Assembly (NCBI RefSeq): GCF_006345805.1
Contig: NC_043002.1
Span: 26,288,001-26,352,000 of the forward strand
Direction: 5' to 3'
DNA: 64,000 bases
DNA from: Octopus sinensis
Lineage: Eukaryota
Positions 24,088-37,624 of this stretch are shown piece by piece. The translations under genes and the position numbers were made by a program. The notes beneath the pieces were generated by a model. The model ran no database searches and was not told the DNA's origin. It worked only from the letters and a program-made list of their open reading frames with translations. Within the stretch, counting starts at the first letter, position 1, and each line of letters starts with the position of its first letter.

Positions 24088-24425
24088 GCATTCCGTCGGT
24101 TACGACGACGAGGGTTCCGGTTGATCCGAATCAACGGAACAGCCTGCTTGTGAAATTAACGTGTAAGTAGCTGAGCACTCCACAGACACGTGTACCCTTA
24201 ACGTAGTTCTCGAGGATATTCAGCGTGACACAGAGAGTGACAAGGCCGGCCCTTTGAAATACAAGTACAACAGAAATAGCAAGTAAGAGTGAGAGAAAGT
24301 TGTGGTGAAAGAGTACAGCAGGGATCACCACCATCCCCTGCCGGAGTCTCGTGGAGCTTTAGGTGTTTTCGCTCAATAAACACTCAGCGAGTCCGCTGCC
24401 CTAACCACTGGGCCATTGCGCCTCC
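24088..24425 (-). mobile_element. tRNA-derived SINE family D (B-box region missing)
   Basis: Minus head GGAGGCGCAATGGCCCAGTGGTTAGGG. The 3' ~180 nt are homologous to the family C tail. Confidence 0.8.
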
Positions 24426-24898
24426 ACCAGTATCTATGTATCTATGTATGCATATGGGTGAACATTTGTACCAGCGATTTCCTGAACTTTTGTTTCTAGA
24501 ATCTTTTTGGATTATCAGATTTTCCATTTTCCGAACCAAGATAAATCCGCCTAATAACAGAATACATCTCGGAGCTATTAATTACAAAACCATACGTTTC
24601 TATAGCAACCCAGACACACATACACACACACACACACACACAGAGAGATTAAATATTACATGATTAAATTAAATATGCAAACATGAAATTTAATTATACT
24701 GTTTCTGTCTATAAAACAATCATCACTTAAACAAATTGATATACAAAATTCATTTAACTGTGAATTAAATTATTTAATGAAACGAATCACATTATACCGA
24801 ACTAATAATAAAAAAAAACTTGAAGCCTTCAAGGTTGGGGATATAATGATTACTGTCCGTTTCATATTTCTGTGTTTTCTTCATGGACTTTCGAAGCT

Positions 24899-25049
24899 TT
24901 AGGAGGAAGATCCGTGTGATGTCGAAGGGTAAAGATATCCTGATATTAGCTGAGTAATTTGACACGTTAGTCGATTGCTTTTGTAAGTATTTAATCGATT
25001 CGACGTTGCTTCATATACAGTCATCATTCCCTGCGTAATCTTCAGATCA
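24899..25049. repeat. ~150-bp dispersed direct repeat, copy 1
   Basis: Roughly 90% similar by eye to 30629-30779. Confidence 0.9.
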
Positions 25050-25779
25050 TTCCCAGGGTAATCTCTCATGCTTCAATATAAAGAGTCATTATCTCTTGTT
25101 CTGTCATGAAGAGACATTGCTCAATTCCTTTGATTACTTCACCCAGCATCTCAGCTTACTAATATTAAGCCTTCCAATTAGATTTGCTCCATCGTTATCT
25201 CTATCAGTTTCTGTATTTTTATCAGAAATCACAATCAGATCTATAATGTTGGATTAAGTATAGAGATTCACAAGTGTTTCTTCGTTAGCGTTCCTCTAGT
25301 CAACGAGGTTTTTGTCATTAACCCTACTTGGCACCAGATTCCCTTACACATTTAACATATTCAAACATCTTTCTACTTTACTATCTCAATTCCTGAGAAA
25401 TCACTGTCAATATTTTGAGCAGGTAAATTTAGAAATATCAAGCAGGCGACAAGTAATGTCAGCCATTATACCATACAGTAGCAACAAACTACATCTTTCT
25501 CAAATTACATTCTTTAATAAATATCTTTACAAACTTTTCAACATGTACTACACCTCTCATACATATAATGATAAGTGAGCAATACCTCATTTTCATATTC
25601 ACAGTAATAGTTGGTCCTGTAAATGAAAATCGTGAGGCTTTGTTGCAAATATGTTATAAAAATATTTTATAATATATGTTATAAAAACATCGTTACTACA
25701 CAAGTTAGGATAAGCTAAAGTGTTGTACAGAATAAAAATAATTTTTCTACTTGGTGCTTCAACCAACGTGTGGTGTGTT

Positions 25780-26013
25780 TTATCATCTGGCACAAAATTC
25801 TTTCCAACACATTGTAAATATACCTCAATGGAAACCCAAGCATCCTTTTATTTTTCTAGGACTATTTCTAGGAAAATATTGACGCCGTTCGAAGCTCTAT
25901 TGCATTATTGTTTCTAATCTCAATTTTTACCTATTTCACGGCGTTTCATCATAGCCAGTTTATCTTCCAGCGTTATGGCATGATGCTTTACAGTTTCTCT
26001 ATGAATTTTCTTA
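25780..26013 (-). mobile_element. pogo/Tigger-like transposase remnant
   Basis: Minus frame MAPKKIHRETVKHHAITLEDKLAMMKRREIG resembles the CENP-B-type HTH start of Tigger. It is followed by a DAW...VGKNFVP segment. Confidence 0.55.
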
Positions 26014-26482
26014 GGAGCCATGGGGGTAAAAAATAAAGTCAGAAATGAAATAGAATGAGAAAGTAGCCGGTAAACAGATATAAACAAATCTGAATTCAAA
26101 ACGCGAGAATCACGAGTGACAACGACGCTTAACGGCAGATATTGAAACTACAGTGCATTATGTTCTCCGAAAGACCGATAAAAGAAGACACACCTGATTT
26201 CATGAATTTGTTCATAGGTTACGCTACTTATGGTGTGTATTTTAACATTTACTTTACGAATTTTAATACGATTTTATATGATTTTATCCTTATTATTTAT
26301 TGTAAAGTAACATGATTTAAAGTCAAGTAAAATGATTGATTTTTATTTTTCCATATATTGCTTTTGAAAACCGTATAATCGAGAAAGACCTAAATAAAAA
26401 CGGCTGAAGCAGAAGTATGCTGTATTTAAATGTTCAACCTAAAAGAAACACACACAAACATATACATGTGTGTCAATATATA

Positions 26483-26672
26483 GAGAGCATTCACAAAAAA
26501 ACAAAAGACGAAGATATTTGGTGTTGACAACCAACAGTTGTGTTAGCTTAACGCTCGGGAAGTGAAAAAGTATTTAATGTTTCGAGCCTACGCTCTTACA
26601 CAGAAGGAAACACATGAAGAAACAAGGGGAGAAACTAAAAATGGGTAGTGGCTAGCGATCTATCATGGCGAA
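26483..26672 (-). mobile_element. HHR-like non-coding repeat family H, copy 1
   Basis: Homologous to 40255-40444 and 62106-62296. Motif CTGTGTA-A-GAGC(gtag)GCTC-GAAA-CA-TT at 26573-26607. Confidence 0.8.
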
Positions 26673-27554
26673 TGTGTCAATGTATACATATACATACAAA
26701 GAATTGCTTATATATATATATGTATATATATATATATTAGAGAGTACAAATAGGAAAAATTATATCATAAAAATCACAGTACAAATACGTCAATAATATA
26801 AACAATATTGTATTAATAAATAAAAATATAAAATATAGCTATGATCATTTAAAATGATTTGAGAGATTTTACAATCGTTTCATAATTATACTACATTTCG
26901 AAATGAAATTCAAAGTTGATAACCGTTATTAGGAAATATATCCAATCACCAGAGAAAAGGATAAATTTCATTGTAGTAAATCGAATGATAGAGATGCTAT
27001 TTAAAATCGTATGATGTTTTGTTTAAAAAGTTATCGGTATAGATGTGTATTGGTATAAATTTGGGCTAAAGATTTTTAAAAATAATAATCTATACAAATA
27101 ACTTTTTAAACAACACCTTGTCGGGGACATCTGTACTTCATTGGATTTCAGTGACAAACGCTTGTACAACACATTTGCCACTCTCTGGGTCAAATTAGTA
27201 GATTCCAATGACAAGCCAAGCAAGATGACTAGAACTAAGTTGACAGCAGGTACAATCATCGTATAATCATCACTTTTCTATGGTGTTAGAGGCATGGCGA
27301 CGCATGCAGATTTGACCGGTTGGAAGCATACATTTACAAATCTGCTGTAGGGCGGCAGGATTCTTATCTTAACATCGCTAACATGTTTTCATATTCTTGA
27401 GCAGCCCTTTTGAAGGAGAAGGCTGCTCACCTGGATATACTAAGAAGGTGCTAGAAAAGGAGCAATAAATATTGTCTGTCCTCTCTCTTCTGATTAGTTT
27501 ACTGCGGCTAGCGGTGGTTCAATTTAGCAGGAATGATATATATATAACCAACCA

Positions 27555-28512
27555 AAATTTAATTAACCTATTTATAACCCTTTGTAATTTTTCATTAGAA
27601 ACATTGTGAAGGTAGAGTAGACAATCATCACAATATAAACCTGTATTGATGTCTGGGAATTGGTCATCCATTTCATATATATACCGACCAAATCAGTCAG
27701 TTGTGCCGAGTCAGAACTTACCAGCGTGACATCAAAATTGTCAAGTGTATCTTTTCGGACCCATAGCTAATTTTCAAATTTAATGATTGATTTTCTGGCA
27801 GCTAACACCACATTAATTTCATCTCGGGTGAGACCAGCTTTGTTGTGTGCAAACTGGAGTGCTTTGTTAAGTACAATTGGGTTAATAGAGAAATAGCAAC
27901 TAGAAATGTCGAACTGGATAAACTTGGTGCACTCCTTGTTATTAATAGAATTAAACTAGTCGACCACTTGGAACGAATGAGAGCATAAATTAAGCCTTAA
28001 TTTTTTTAACATAAGAAGGAATATATTTATCTAGAATATTTTTGCTAAGTACACCGATATCAGAGCAAGAAGGACAAATAAGTCGTAAGGTTGGGTTCTT
28101 AAAAAATTTGGTTTGTGGTCTTTTGAAATAAAACAAGGTTGTTTAGGATTAAGAAGTTCAGTCTTAATCTGTAACTTATATTTATCCATAATTTCTTATC
28201 CTCAAGGTTGGTTTTCCTGATAGCACTTTTACTAGTAATCCTATAATTCATTTGTTTTTCTTTCCTAAGTAATTCTAGGTTGTAATCCTTGGTAAGTCTA
28301 TATATGTTTCCTGTTTTATCAAAGTGAACCAGTATACTGTCAGTGTTGTGAATTTCTTTGATGATATTGTGAAGATACCTCAGATGTTTATTCCTTAACG
28401 GTGAACGATGGAATTTCACATTCCTCAAGATAGACCAGAGATCGTCTTCAAACGGTTTCAATCTTGGGCTGGCTGGAGAATTGATTTTAGATTTAAACGA
28501 ATTGCTGAATTC
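27555..28512 (-). mobile_element. Penelope/Poseidon-type PLE, 5' part (N-terminus to YxDD), inverted
   Basis: LKPFEDDLW...FDKTGNIY...NPTLRLICP...FIQFDISSCY...FDVTLVSSDSAQLTDLVG...GLYCDDCL, with stops and frameshifts. Confidence 0.85.
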
Positions 28513-28513
28513 A

Positions 28514-29975
28514 GAAGTGAGATCGTTAGAAGGTTGTTTAATTTTTCCGAAACATGGAAAATATTTTCGATGGTGATATTGTCAAAGAAAACTTTTTGGA
28601 TATTACCTTTAACTTATATAATGATTCATATTTCACATACCATAAACCCTCATCTAATTAAAAATATATTAGCTCTTTCAGTAATCATCCGAAGACTATT
28701 ACAAGGCACTTAGTGAGAAATATTTCACTTAGACTTTCTAGATTATCTGCTAATGTTGATTTCTTTAACGATAAAGCCGAATTTTATAATTCTCCCTTAT
28801 TTAAGGACGCTATAAATTTTAGTTCGAATAACAACAATAAATCGAAAAATGTAATTTTGCAGCGTAAGGGAGATCATAATAAAAATAAGTCTAGGACTTT
28901 GAAAGATAATTACCCAAATAACAAGGTGTGTCCTTGTAAAACACTTTGGCTTATCATTCCATTTGATAAGCAGATCAAATCCAACCTCCATTACCAGCTT
29001 CGTGAAGCTATAGATAAGAATTTTCCAAATAAATCCAGATACCATTTCATTATCAATTCACAGCGAATTAAGATAGGTTTTTCAAACACCAAAAACCTTT
29101 CACGAATAATTTCTTCGCATAACCATAAGTTGTTAAATACAAATCCACTTAATGAAAATAATAACAGTGATATTATTAACGCTAGCCATTCTTTGAACAA
29201 TAATAAGAAATAAATTCGAATCGTATTCGTTTCCTTAGCAGTAATTCTAAGACTAGAAACTCTGTGTGACAATGTAAAATTACTTCCGGTTCTGATTTCT
29301 ATTTGTTTATATTGTTAGCTCATCGTCTCAGTTGTCGAAAAGAATAACTAGCCATTACTCTACATTTAGACATATCAATAAACGCAACAATACTGGGTTT
29401 AGTGAATTAATTTGGTCCCTAAAGGATCATAATAGATCATTCCCATATGACAAAAGTTAATCTTTTTGTCCGCTCTGTAACGAAGAGCAATTTCTCATCC
29501 TTTTCTCGGAAAATACTCTTGTAAACACGTTTAAAGAACGCTTTTACCGTTGCAAACATTGGCAAAGACATACCTTTAGTTCATATAGGTAATTTTTACC
29601 AATCTATAAAATTCAACCTTTAACTGTCTTCTTACACTTCATTTCCTCTAAATATATCTATTTCCACGTTTATAAATGTAATTCCCATTCATCTATCTTA
29701 CTATATTTTTTCACTCTTAATTTTCTTCCTTCTCTTTCTCTTAATTACCTTTGACGTTAAATCTATTAACGGTTTTAAAACAAATAACTTGCTAGGGTTC
29801 CCCTTACATCATATACGCGGTAATCACATTCGGTTAAAATGGCTTATTGATGTGTTTTGTTCCTTTTTCCCTGATGAGATGACTGCATTGTCTTGTCTTA
29901 TTTGTATTCCCTCCGGAATAATCTCAATGCTGTTTTCGAAACATGTTGGAAGTATAAATGATCTGAATAACACCT
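28514..29975 (+). mobile_element. Penelope/Poseidon-type PLE, 3' part (RT thumb, GIY-YIG, 3' UTR)
   Basis: ENFLDITFN...SNHPK...IIPFDKQIKSN...IKIGFSNTKNLSRIISSHN...ELIWSLKD...CPLCNEEQ...RCKH. Stop near 29592. Confidence 0.85.
29867..29951 (+). ncRNA. Type I hammerhead ribozyme with extended stem II
   Basis: TTCC-CTGATGA-stem II (29878-29890/29925-29937, two U.U mismatches)-GAAA-CATG-TT-GGAA. Canonical core, palindromic ACATGT stem III and GUU triplet. Confidence 0.85.
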
Positions 29976-30628
29976 GCGTTTGATTCCATTTCTTAAATTA
30001 TCCGTATATATGAAAGTAGAATTTTAATTTTAAGTACTTCTTAGTTTCCTTTAGGGGTGACGAATTAGGCAAATTCTACTGCAGAAATCTTGTTCTCTAT
30101 TTTTCCAGGTGTAATAACTTGAGAATATTAACATGCACACCCCGCATTTTCCATTCTAATCTGCTTTTTTTCCAGACAATGCAATACAACTAATAGATAT
30201 TTTTTTGTTGAAAAATATTTTAACTATTTTTCATTGTTGATGATTGAATTAAAATAAGAATTTTATGTTTTTTCTTTTAATTTTCACAGATTTTCTCTTA
30301 GATTCTAAAAATAAGAAAAAAGTTATCTGGACACAGTTTCGATGCATTGGCTAGTATAAAAACGATTTTAAAATGCAAAAATAGCCAATGCATCCACCGT
30401 AAGGCACGAGTAGCTACTTGCCCTTTTGCTTTTCCTGAACGGCATTACTAGAAAACTTCAAGTCTGCCCATTGAGAGAAAGAGTCAATAACAATTTTGTA
30501 TCTTTAAATTTGGGGAAATAAATTTCTTTTTATGAAGTTTTCAAATATATGCTAAAATTCCATATTATAATCCAATTTCCATAAACCAATTTAAAACAGC
30601 AATTTCTATAAATAATATATAATCCACT

Positions 30629-30779
30629 TTAGGGGGAAGATCCGTGTGATGTCGAATGGTAAAGATATTCTGTTATTAGCTGAGTAATTTGACACGTTAG
30701 TTGATTGCTTTGTAAAGTATTTAGTCGATTCGATGTTGCTTCATATACAGTCATCATTTCCTGCGTAATCTTCAGATCA
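30629..30779. repeat. ~150-bp dispersed direct repeat, copy 2
   Basis: See 24899-25049. Confidence 0.9.
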
Positions 30780-31200
30780 ATCCAGCTTTTGACCAGGATG
30801 GTTTTCCACTAATCCTCCTTTAAATCGTGCAAACGTACCCTGACAAAACCACTACATGTGCTCTTCCAGAATTTCCAAAAACAGAACCATTTAAAATATT
30901 TATTAAAGATTTTGTTCATAGTTCATTTTTAGATCACATAGAGAGGAAGTAAATTTTACGTTGTCAAATACATTTAGAAGTGTTTTTTTTTTTTAAATAA
31001 AAAAATAATAATAAACCTTTTCAATAGATGCATCTGAAGCTTGTGGAATAGCCGAACCCTGCAAAACCTGAAGCACCACGCAATCTGAACGAAACTTTTT
31101 GGAATAATACGTGTGACTCCGAATAAATGTATCAAGCGCTCTTTCCTTTCGTTTGTCCACTCACCCGTATATTTGTGTGTGTATATAATATATACTCTCT

Positions 31201-31380
<180 letters not shown>

Positions 31381-32451
31381 GTGTGTATGCGTATATATAT
31401 ATAAATATAAATACTCATGGTTAGAGAGAGATAGAGAAAGCTAGAGACAGATAAATTGATAGAGTGCGAGAGCGAGAGAGAGAGAAAGAGAGGGCAAGAG
31501 AGAGAGAGGGAGAGGTAGATAGTGTGTGCGCGTCTAGTTGTGGATCTGAACTGTACACCATCGTTAGCAAATCATATTTATTAATTGTTTTACATATTGC
31601 ACTGCGGGTATGCTGTGACATCGGTTTGAAAGTTTTGCACCGAATGATTCTACCGCAGTACTTTTGTCAAGTCTGGTACTAAATCTGTTGGATTTCTTTG
31701 CCGAACTACTAAGTTAGAGAGGCGTAAACAACACTGCATGGGTTGTGAACTGATCTGCCTGTGTGTGTATGAGAGTGTTTGGGAGAAGAGACATATATAT
31801 GTAGGTGCGATATCTATGGACAAGCCCTATATACCAGTCGACATTTTACTGACTGTGTGATGCAAATTTAGGTTCTAGGCACCCTACGTTTCTCTTTCAT
31901 AAGATATAGAGGTTAACACTCACAGCTATGACTGTACCATGGGTGGCATACTGGTGAATTTCTCTGATATTCCGTCATGATTTCTATCTTTTTAGGCTCG
32001 AGAGAATTTTTTAATTACTTGTTGAAATTCTTTGTTAAGGATACGATACTGGCAAAATATTAATTGCTTTTTTTTCTATTAAATCGAATCAAATAATCAA
32101 TATGATTGTCTCTTATTTAATTTCATTAGCCCACACTAATTAAATTGAAATTAAATATACAGTATGAGAGCATGTTAAATTAGAATGTAAACACATGGAA
32201 ACAAATAAAGAGGAAAATATTTGGCAAATATATTACGTTAAATATTAAAAAAAATATAGCTCATATTTAGTTCTAGGCTAGTAAGTAGAGTGATATATAT
32301 ATAACATACACCAAGATATTAAGATATATTAGATAAATTATAATATAAGCTGGCTATATCAATTAAAAGTAAAAAGGAAAATTAATAAATGAGTGTGCAA
32401 AATAACACCTACAATTGCTAGCAGTTGTAGGTGTTATTTTTCACCCTCATT

Positions 32452-32483
<32 letters not shown>

Positions 32484-32516
32484 TATATCTATATATACAT
32501 ATATATATATACATAT

Positions 32517-32547
<31 letters not shown>

Positions 32548-32589
32548 CATTTATGTATATGTGTGTTAGCTTGTTTATGTCTATGTATG

Positions 32590-32626
<37 letters not shown>

Positions 32627-33919
32627 ATGTGTGTGTGCACGTGTGTATGTTTGAGTGTTTGTTTTCGGGATAATGATGAGTGCGGGCATGTATGAATGTA
32701 CGCTAAACTTTATAGTAATCTTAGTCTTAATCTTATAAATTTCATCAAGGTTTTAATATTTCCGTCTGAATGTTATCGAAAACATTTTTAAACCTCTTCA
32801 AGATGATGTCATCTTCATGTGCGCTAATACTTTTTCATAATAGACAAGGCCAATGTCATTCATGCAGACATTATCTGAATTTGAAATTTGAAAGTTGACC
32901 TTTATACGTCAGATTACATACATTAAATGGTTCATTTGTTAACTGTTTCTCTCATCGCACTGTGAATATACTGGGGCACGGCTTTGAAGCGTTTACTCGA
33001 AAGAGATTTATTCATCAGAAGTTAGATGTTTATTTTTGCTTGGGTCTAGGCTACACCGTCTCTGCATATATTTTAGCATTGAGCACCGTTATAATTGCTA
33101 ATATCAGTAATATATAAATAAAAAGGTGAAGTAACCATGGGTTCTCATTTTGAGCTCATGTTCGCGGTGTTCTACCTCTCCACCAAAAAAAAGTGAAGTG
33201 CTATGAATACATAAACATATGATATGCATTAAGAATGTGGGCAATATACTCGTCAGAGTGGGTAGACCGGAAGACCTCGTGATTAAAATTAAGTCTAGAA
33301 ATTGATTCAGACCGAATATCTCACCATCCAGAAGAGTAGAAATAGAACTAGGCAATACAATAGCGTAATATTTACATCTAAACATACAGAAAAAAAAAGA
33401 TTATGCATACATACGCCATTCATTGACACGAATGACACATTCGAATAAATTTCATGTAGACAGTCTACACAACGAAATGTCCGTAGTAAAATCTTAACAT
33501 AAAGAACAAACTAGATTAGCTCAAAAATCCACAGAAGGAAACAAACATTAAACAACTGTTATTCTAACAAACAAATAGACCAAGCTTAGAACACTATAGG
33601 AAGAAATACAACGAAACAAAAACATCAGTCAGCAAATCTATTAAAAATACATAAGCTACATATAAAGTGTATATTATACGAGTGAAATACAAAGTATAGA
33701 ATACATTAATTTATTATTAAAAAGACCATGAAATAAAACACAAAATACATTGTAATAAAGTAAATAAACTACAACAACGCTAAAATTATGACTGTTTTGC
33801 TCTGTAACAAACGAAAATTATGTAAATCGGTGAATCAGTCGCAAATGACAAATGTGATTTATAAGTTCTATTGTAAACGGAAAAAGGTGTAAACTTTGTT
33901 GCTGTAACTTTATATTAAC

Positions 33920-34051
33920 CATCTAAGCATGACACGCCACTCCGCCTGTTCGCTTATATCAAGGAACAATTGTATTGCTTTAGTATTTTTACAACAAACA
34001 GCACAAAATAAAATTAGATAGTAAAACTTTAGTTGAAAGGACATTTGAATT
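33920..34051 (-). CDS. Candidate first coding exon with a signal peptide
   Basis: Acceptor TTCTACAG|, then AATTCAA-ATG; MSFQLKFYYLILFCAVCCKNTKA-IQLFLDISEQAEWRVMLR; weak donor TG|GTTAAT. Confidence 0.4.
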
Positions 34052-34292
34052 CTGTAGAATTCGCACAAGAGACGATTAATAATAGCAGTAATACTAACCA
34101 AAATACACAGCAGAATGATAAATTAAACACAGACAAAACACACATGTTACAAATAGAAAAATAACTTCTGACAGGTTACATCTGAATCTAAAGTCTAACG
34201 ATCATAAAGAAGTATACTCCCACACACATACATATGCATACTCACTGACATACACTGGCATGCACTTCCATCCACCCATCCATATTATTACA

Positions 34293-34345
<53 letters not shown>

Positions 34346-34407
34346 TATATATATACATAAATGCATATATATATACATACATACATGCATACATACATAC
34401 ATGCACA

Positions 34408-34477
<70 letters not shown>

Positions 34478-34643
34478 ATACATACACATAATACATACCA
34501 ACACGTACGCACGCGCACGCACGCGCGCGCGCAAATAAACAGCAAATGTAAGCACTCAGAGAATGTGAGTGGATTTGATAGACAGAAACTGAAAAACCCC
34601 GTCGTATATATGCATATGTATATATGTGTGTGTGTGTGTGTGT

Positions 34644-34684
<41 letters not shown>

Positions 34685-35471
34685 CTGTGTGTATTCTATG
34701 TTTTTTCTTTAATTATTTAATTATTTAATTTCTGTAAAGAAGAAACAGGTTTCTAAAATGTCTTTGTGCTGCAATATAGATAACAAGGCAAATTCACACT
34801 TGGAACTTTTGCGCATGGTTTTTTAAAATATATTAATATGTTTACTACCATTTTCATGTTTGTGTATGAGTCTGTTTTTCTGCTTGAAAGAGAAACTAAT
34901 CATCATAAACCATTATTTATCATATTTTGTTTCGAAGAAAATTATTTTATTTACCATACCTGTTCCTTGGAATCTGTCTCTATTTCTTACATATTATTCT
35001 CTCAATACCTGTAAAGAAAGTAAACATCAAATATCAGATGCCACTTAGTCTTCCATACTGAGCAAATCTATGGCATACAACATAAATATCCTATCGTTAT
35101 AAGGTCCTAAGATATAAGAAAACATACACTTCTTTCAGATATATATATTTTTACAGAGGAAATGATGTGTGTTGAAATTTGTTTAAAAGGATGGTGTCAG
35201 GTTTTACCTCGCTCAGGAAACAGTAAAATTAGACAGCTGAAATTTCCAATTTTAGAATAGACTTTTCCACCTGCATCTGAATATGGTCTGCAAAACCTGT
35301 ATCTATTATCGTTTTACAGATTTTATCTTTTACCATTCCTCTTGGTGACGTGAATCCGATTCACTGGTAAATTGTTCCACTTTCCAACCCATAATCAAAT
35401 GTTATTACAGAACCTTAGATTGACACATTAACTCTTAGTATTCCATCACCGATCAGTATGGAAAATGCTTA

Positions 35472-35850
35472 TCTATCTATATATATATAAAGCTGAAGTT
35501 GTCCGTGTATGGCAGGTTTGGTATCCTTCAACTAACACTATCTCCTCCGAGACCCTGCGGCGCAAGCTGACCAAAATTGAGAGTATGGTAGAAGAAGGCT
35601 TGCTCTTCCTTCCGTAGAGGAAAAACTTCAGATCGGACCATGTTAACACCAAAAATTATTTACATCAAAAATGTGTTTTTTTTCTATGAAAATCCATATT
35701 TTTTACGATATTTTGACTGCTGTGTCGCCATTTTTCGGTGTATTTCAACCAGAAAAATGTTCAAGATACATAATGCAAATTTTAACTTTTCAAAAATTTC
35801 AATTTTAAAGTGTCGAAACAAACCCGAGCAACGCCGGGCGATACTGCTGG
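35472..35850 (+). mobile_element. Non-autonomous Helitron-like element
   Basis: 5' TC(TA)nTAAAG, 3' CCCG-AGCAACGC-CGGG hairpin, then CGATACTG-CTGG|T (CTRR). Confidence 0.8.
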
Positions 35851-36717
35851 TATCAGTATAAGAGAAAGAAAGCAGTTCTCAGGATGCAGTAGAAAGAACC
35901 TCTTGCCGATTATGTAGCAAGAGAAATGTGAGAAGCTAGAAGCAAGAAGACAATAGGCGCAGGGATCTTCTGATCATCACTACCAACGTGCTATGAAGAA
36001 CCGGTTATGGTTCAATACCACAAGTTCTAGTGATCGATAGACAACGGAGGCGGCTACACTCGGGCACCGCTTTGAAAGGTTTAGTCAAACAAATAGAATC
36101 GTGAGATTATTTTCTAACTATTGTATTTATTCAATCAATATTTTTTACCAAATCACAACGCTATGGCGACGTAAACAAATCAACACTGGTTGGGAAGCAC
36201 TTGGTAGGGGACAAGCAGAAAAAATACACATAGACATTCATATACACAGGGTGCGATGGGTAAATTGTCAGTATATATATATATTTTAAATCTCCAACAT
36301 GGGCATTGCTTGTTTTTGATTTTGTCCAAGCTTGTTCCTCCAGCGTTCGCCACCTCACCTCGTTATGGCTCAGCAACCCTTACTGTTTGTATTCTTTGTC
36401 CTGTTTTAGTTACCCTCCATAAATCCCAAATTCGATATAATTTGCTTTGCGGGAGCAACTGTTTTGTCGAAGGCGCATCTTGTCGTAATTGTTCAAAATG
36501 CGGAGAAGATAAAACAGTCGAAAACTGATGAAGGATCTTTCTTTATGCTACTTGTCTAGTTTTCCATTTGTTTCTTCCGTTGTTCGCAAAAACAAGTTCG
36601 TATTCCATGTTTTCGTACTTCGTATTTCATGTTGTTTACGTTCTATGAGGTCCTGTACCCATATATGCGTATGTATATACAAGTATATGTAAGTATGTGC
36701 ATAGAGGTATGTATAAA

Positions 36718-36770
<53 letters not shown>

Positions 36771-36995
36771 TATATATATCATTTATATTATTATGATTGA
36801 ACGCCACGAATACGTTTCCAAGTAAATTTTATTTTACCACACAGACACACAGACACACACACATTAAAAGCATGAGATATGCCAGTTCCACTGAAATTCA
36901 TTTTAGTATATTTGCATGAAGATGCACTAACTAACCATCATGTCCTCACCCAAATGACAACGAAATTGCGCGATCTTTATAATACCATGTTTGCG

Positions 36996-37101
<106 letters not shown>

Positions 37102-37624
37102 ACTATCTATTTATCACTGTATTTATACATTATATATGACTCAATGAAACAAAATATGAGCTAGGTTTTCTGTATGGCAGCACTGTCTCCGAAAGAATAT
37201 ATTAACAAAATACAGTGATATTCCATTCTATGGCTACATTAGAGATTTATTCTTTCCGTTAATATATTTTGCATAGAAATCAGTCATAGCCAGAAGCAAT
37301 TTCAAAATAATTGTAGACCACTGTCAGCATTTAAATACTTCCATTTAGGAGATTGTAATTAATGTGTCTTATGCAATTCATGTCTATTTAAATGTGCGAG
37401 TATTTACAAAAGCTTTTGTTACATACATATGTGAGTGCATGCGTGCGTTCGTGTGAGATGGCTGGTCATGAGCAAGGAAGAAAGCCGATGTGTGTATCTC
37501 TGTATATACGTATGTATTTTTGTGTAAATCTATGTGTGAATGTATATATACATACAAATACACACACACTCACATATATATATATATATATATAAGTGCG
37601 TATGCGTGTTTACATCCTTTAATT

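Noticed and set aside
27398-27435. GAGCAGCC/GGCTGCTC hairpin near the inverted PLE end as a hammerhead
   Set aside because: It would need two substitutions in CUGANGA and two in GAAA; only the hairpin is supportable.
30290-30400. Strong acceptor TTTTCACAG| as a coding exon
   Set aside because: All three frames hit stops within 22 codons. There is a 13-bp inverted repeat inside, of unknown origin.
31030-31070. CTGAAGC...GCCGAAC as a hammerhead
   Set aside because: Both conserved core segments are broken and there is no clear stem II.
36246-36540. Tc1/mariner element
   Set aside because: Only a TIR-like start (CAGGGTGCGATGGGTAAATTGTC) is seen; there is no partner TIR and no clear transposase motif.
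36525-36545. CTGATGAAGG as a hammerhead
   Set aside because: Only the 5' core is present; there is no stem II or GAAA.
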